DNA of 64,000 nucleotides from Escherichia coli (GTDB lineage Bacteria; Pseudomonadota; Gammaproteobacteria; Enterobacterales; Enterobacteriaceae): NCBI RefSeq assembly GCF_044324785.1, contig NZ_CP172127.1; one strand, 5' to 3'. Shown piece by piece: positions 63,287 to 64,000 of this stretch (position 1 is its first letter; each line of letters starts with the position of its first letter). The notes under the pieces were generated by a model. It saw only the letters and a program-made list of their open reading frames with translations, ran no database searches and was not told where the DNA came from. The position numbers and the translations under genes were made by a program.

Positions 63287-63379
63287 TGCCTGCAGATTTT
63301 ACGTCCCGTCTCGGTACACCAAATCCCAGCAGTATTTGCATTTTTTACCCAAAACGAGTAGAATTTGCCACGTTTCAGG

Positions 63380-63456
<77 letters not shown>

Positions 63457-63578
63457 CTTTCCCTTAGAGTCCTTTTTCAAATATACTGTGAAGACTTCGG
63501 CCTTCGTAGTGGGATTTGAAAAAATCCTTCTGGAAAGTGCTCCAGACCGCAGTTGCGGTTATAGGGTTCAGTTATATA

Positions 63579-63606
63579 AAGCCCCGATTTATCGGGGTTT
63601 TTTGTT
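63579..63606 (+). terminator. partial terminator/attenuator between metY and rimP
   Basis: ccccga-ttta-tcgggg stem-loop followed by a T-run, within the same operon. Confidence 0.65.
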
Positions 63607-63662
63607 ATCTGACTACAGAATAACTGGGCTTTAGGCCCTTTTTTTATGTCTTGGGGGTGGGC

Positions 63663-64000
63663 TTGTCCACATTAGAGCAAAAATTAACAGAGATGATTAC
63701 TGCGCCAGTTGAGGCCCTGGGTTTTGAACTGGTTGGCATCGAATTTATTCGCGGTCGCACATCCACACTGCGCATCTATATTGATAGTGAAGATGGCATC
63801 AATGTTGATGATTGTGCTGATGTGAGCCACCAGGTAAGTGCTGTGCTGGATGTTGAAGATCCCATCACCGTTGCTTATAACCTGGAAGTCTCCTCACCGG
63901 GTCTCGATCGCCCACTGTTCACGGCTGAACACTACGCCCGTTTCGTCGGAGAAGAGGTGACTCTGGTTCTCCGCATGGCGGTACAAAACCGTCGTAAATG
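63663..64000 (+). CDS. rimP: ribosome maturation factor RimP (YhbC), 5' part; continues past window end
   Basis: Open frame from TTG at 63663 ([45 protein letters not shown]...) to window end; the TTG start is an inference, internal ATG at 63693 is the alternative. Confidence 0.85.
   Translation, partial: MSTLEQKLTEMITAPVEALGFELVGIEFIRGRTSTLRIYIDSEDGINVDDCADVSHQVSAVLDVEDPITVAYNLEVSSPGLDRPLFTAEHYARFVGEEVTLVLRMAVQNRRK

Overview
This window reads as a contiguous stretch of Escherichia coli core chromosome, in reverse-complement orientation relative to the usual K-12 map, running from the 3' end of mdh to the start of rimP. All gene identities come from my recognition of the translated ORFs and from synteny; no database search was run. 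I annotate about 65 protein-coding genes, two tRNAs (leuU, metY), the ArcZ sRNA, and a set of terminators and regulatory sites. Main blocks in order: mdh, degS-degQ, zapG, zapE, rplM-rpsI, sspAB, dcuD, nanR, nanATEK-yhcH, a decayed yhcG locus, the yhcFEDA-gltF fimbrial cluster, gltDB, yhcC, arcB/ArcZ, elbB-mtgA, yrbL, the npr-rapZ-ptsN-hpf-rpoN-lptBAC-kdsCD-yrbG block, mlaFEDCB-ibaG-murA, sfsB, ispB, rplU-rpmA-yhbE-obgE, dacB, greA, yhbY, rlmE-ftsH-folP-glmM-secG-leuU, yhbX, argG, metY, rimP. I found no IS element, integrase, prophage gene, or CRISPR array, and no convincing multi-gene system that is new. The only poorly characterised material is (a) the roughly 840-bp decayed yhcG locus between yhcH and yhcF, with an orphan ~100-aa ORF and strong hairpins, and (b) the cryptic gltF-yhcADEF chaperone-usher cluster, which appears intact here. 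Three features suggest the strain is not K-12: yhcE is uninterrupted, yhcG is degraded, and metY is the fMet1 type. ORF-track starts were often trimmed to an internal ATG because the track also begins ORFs at GTG/TTG.
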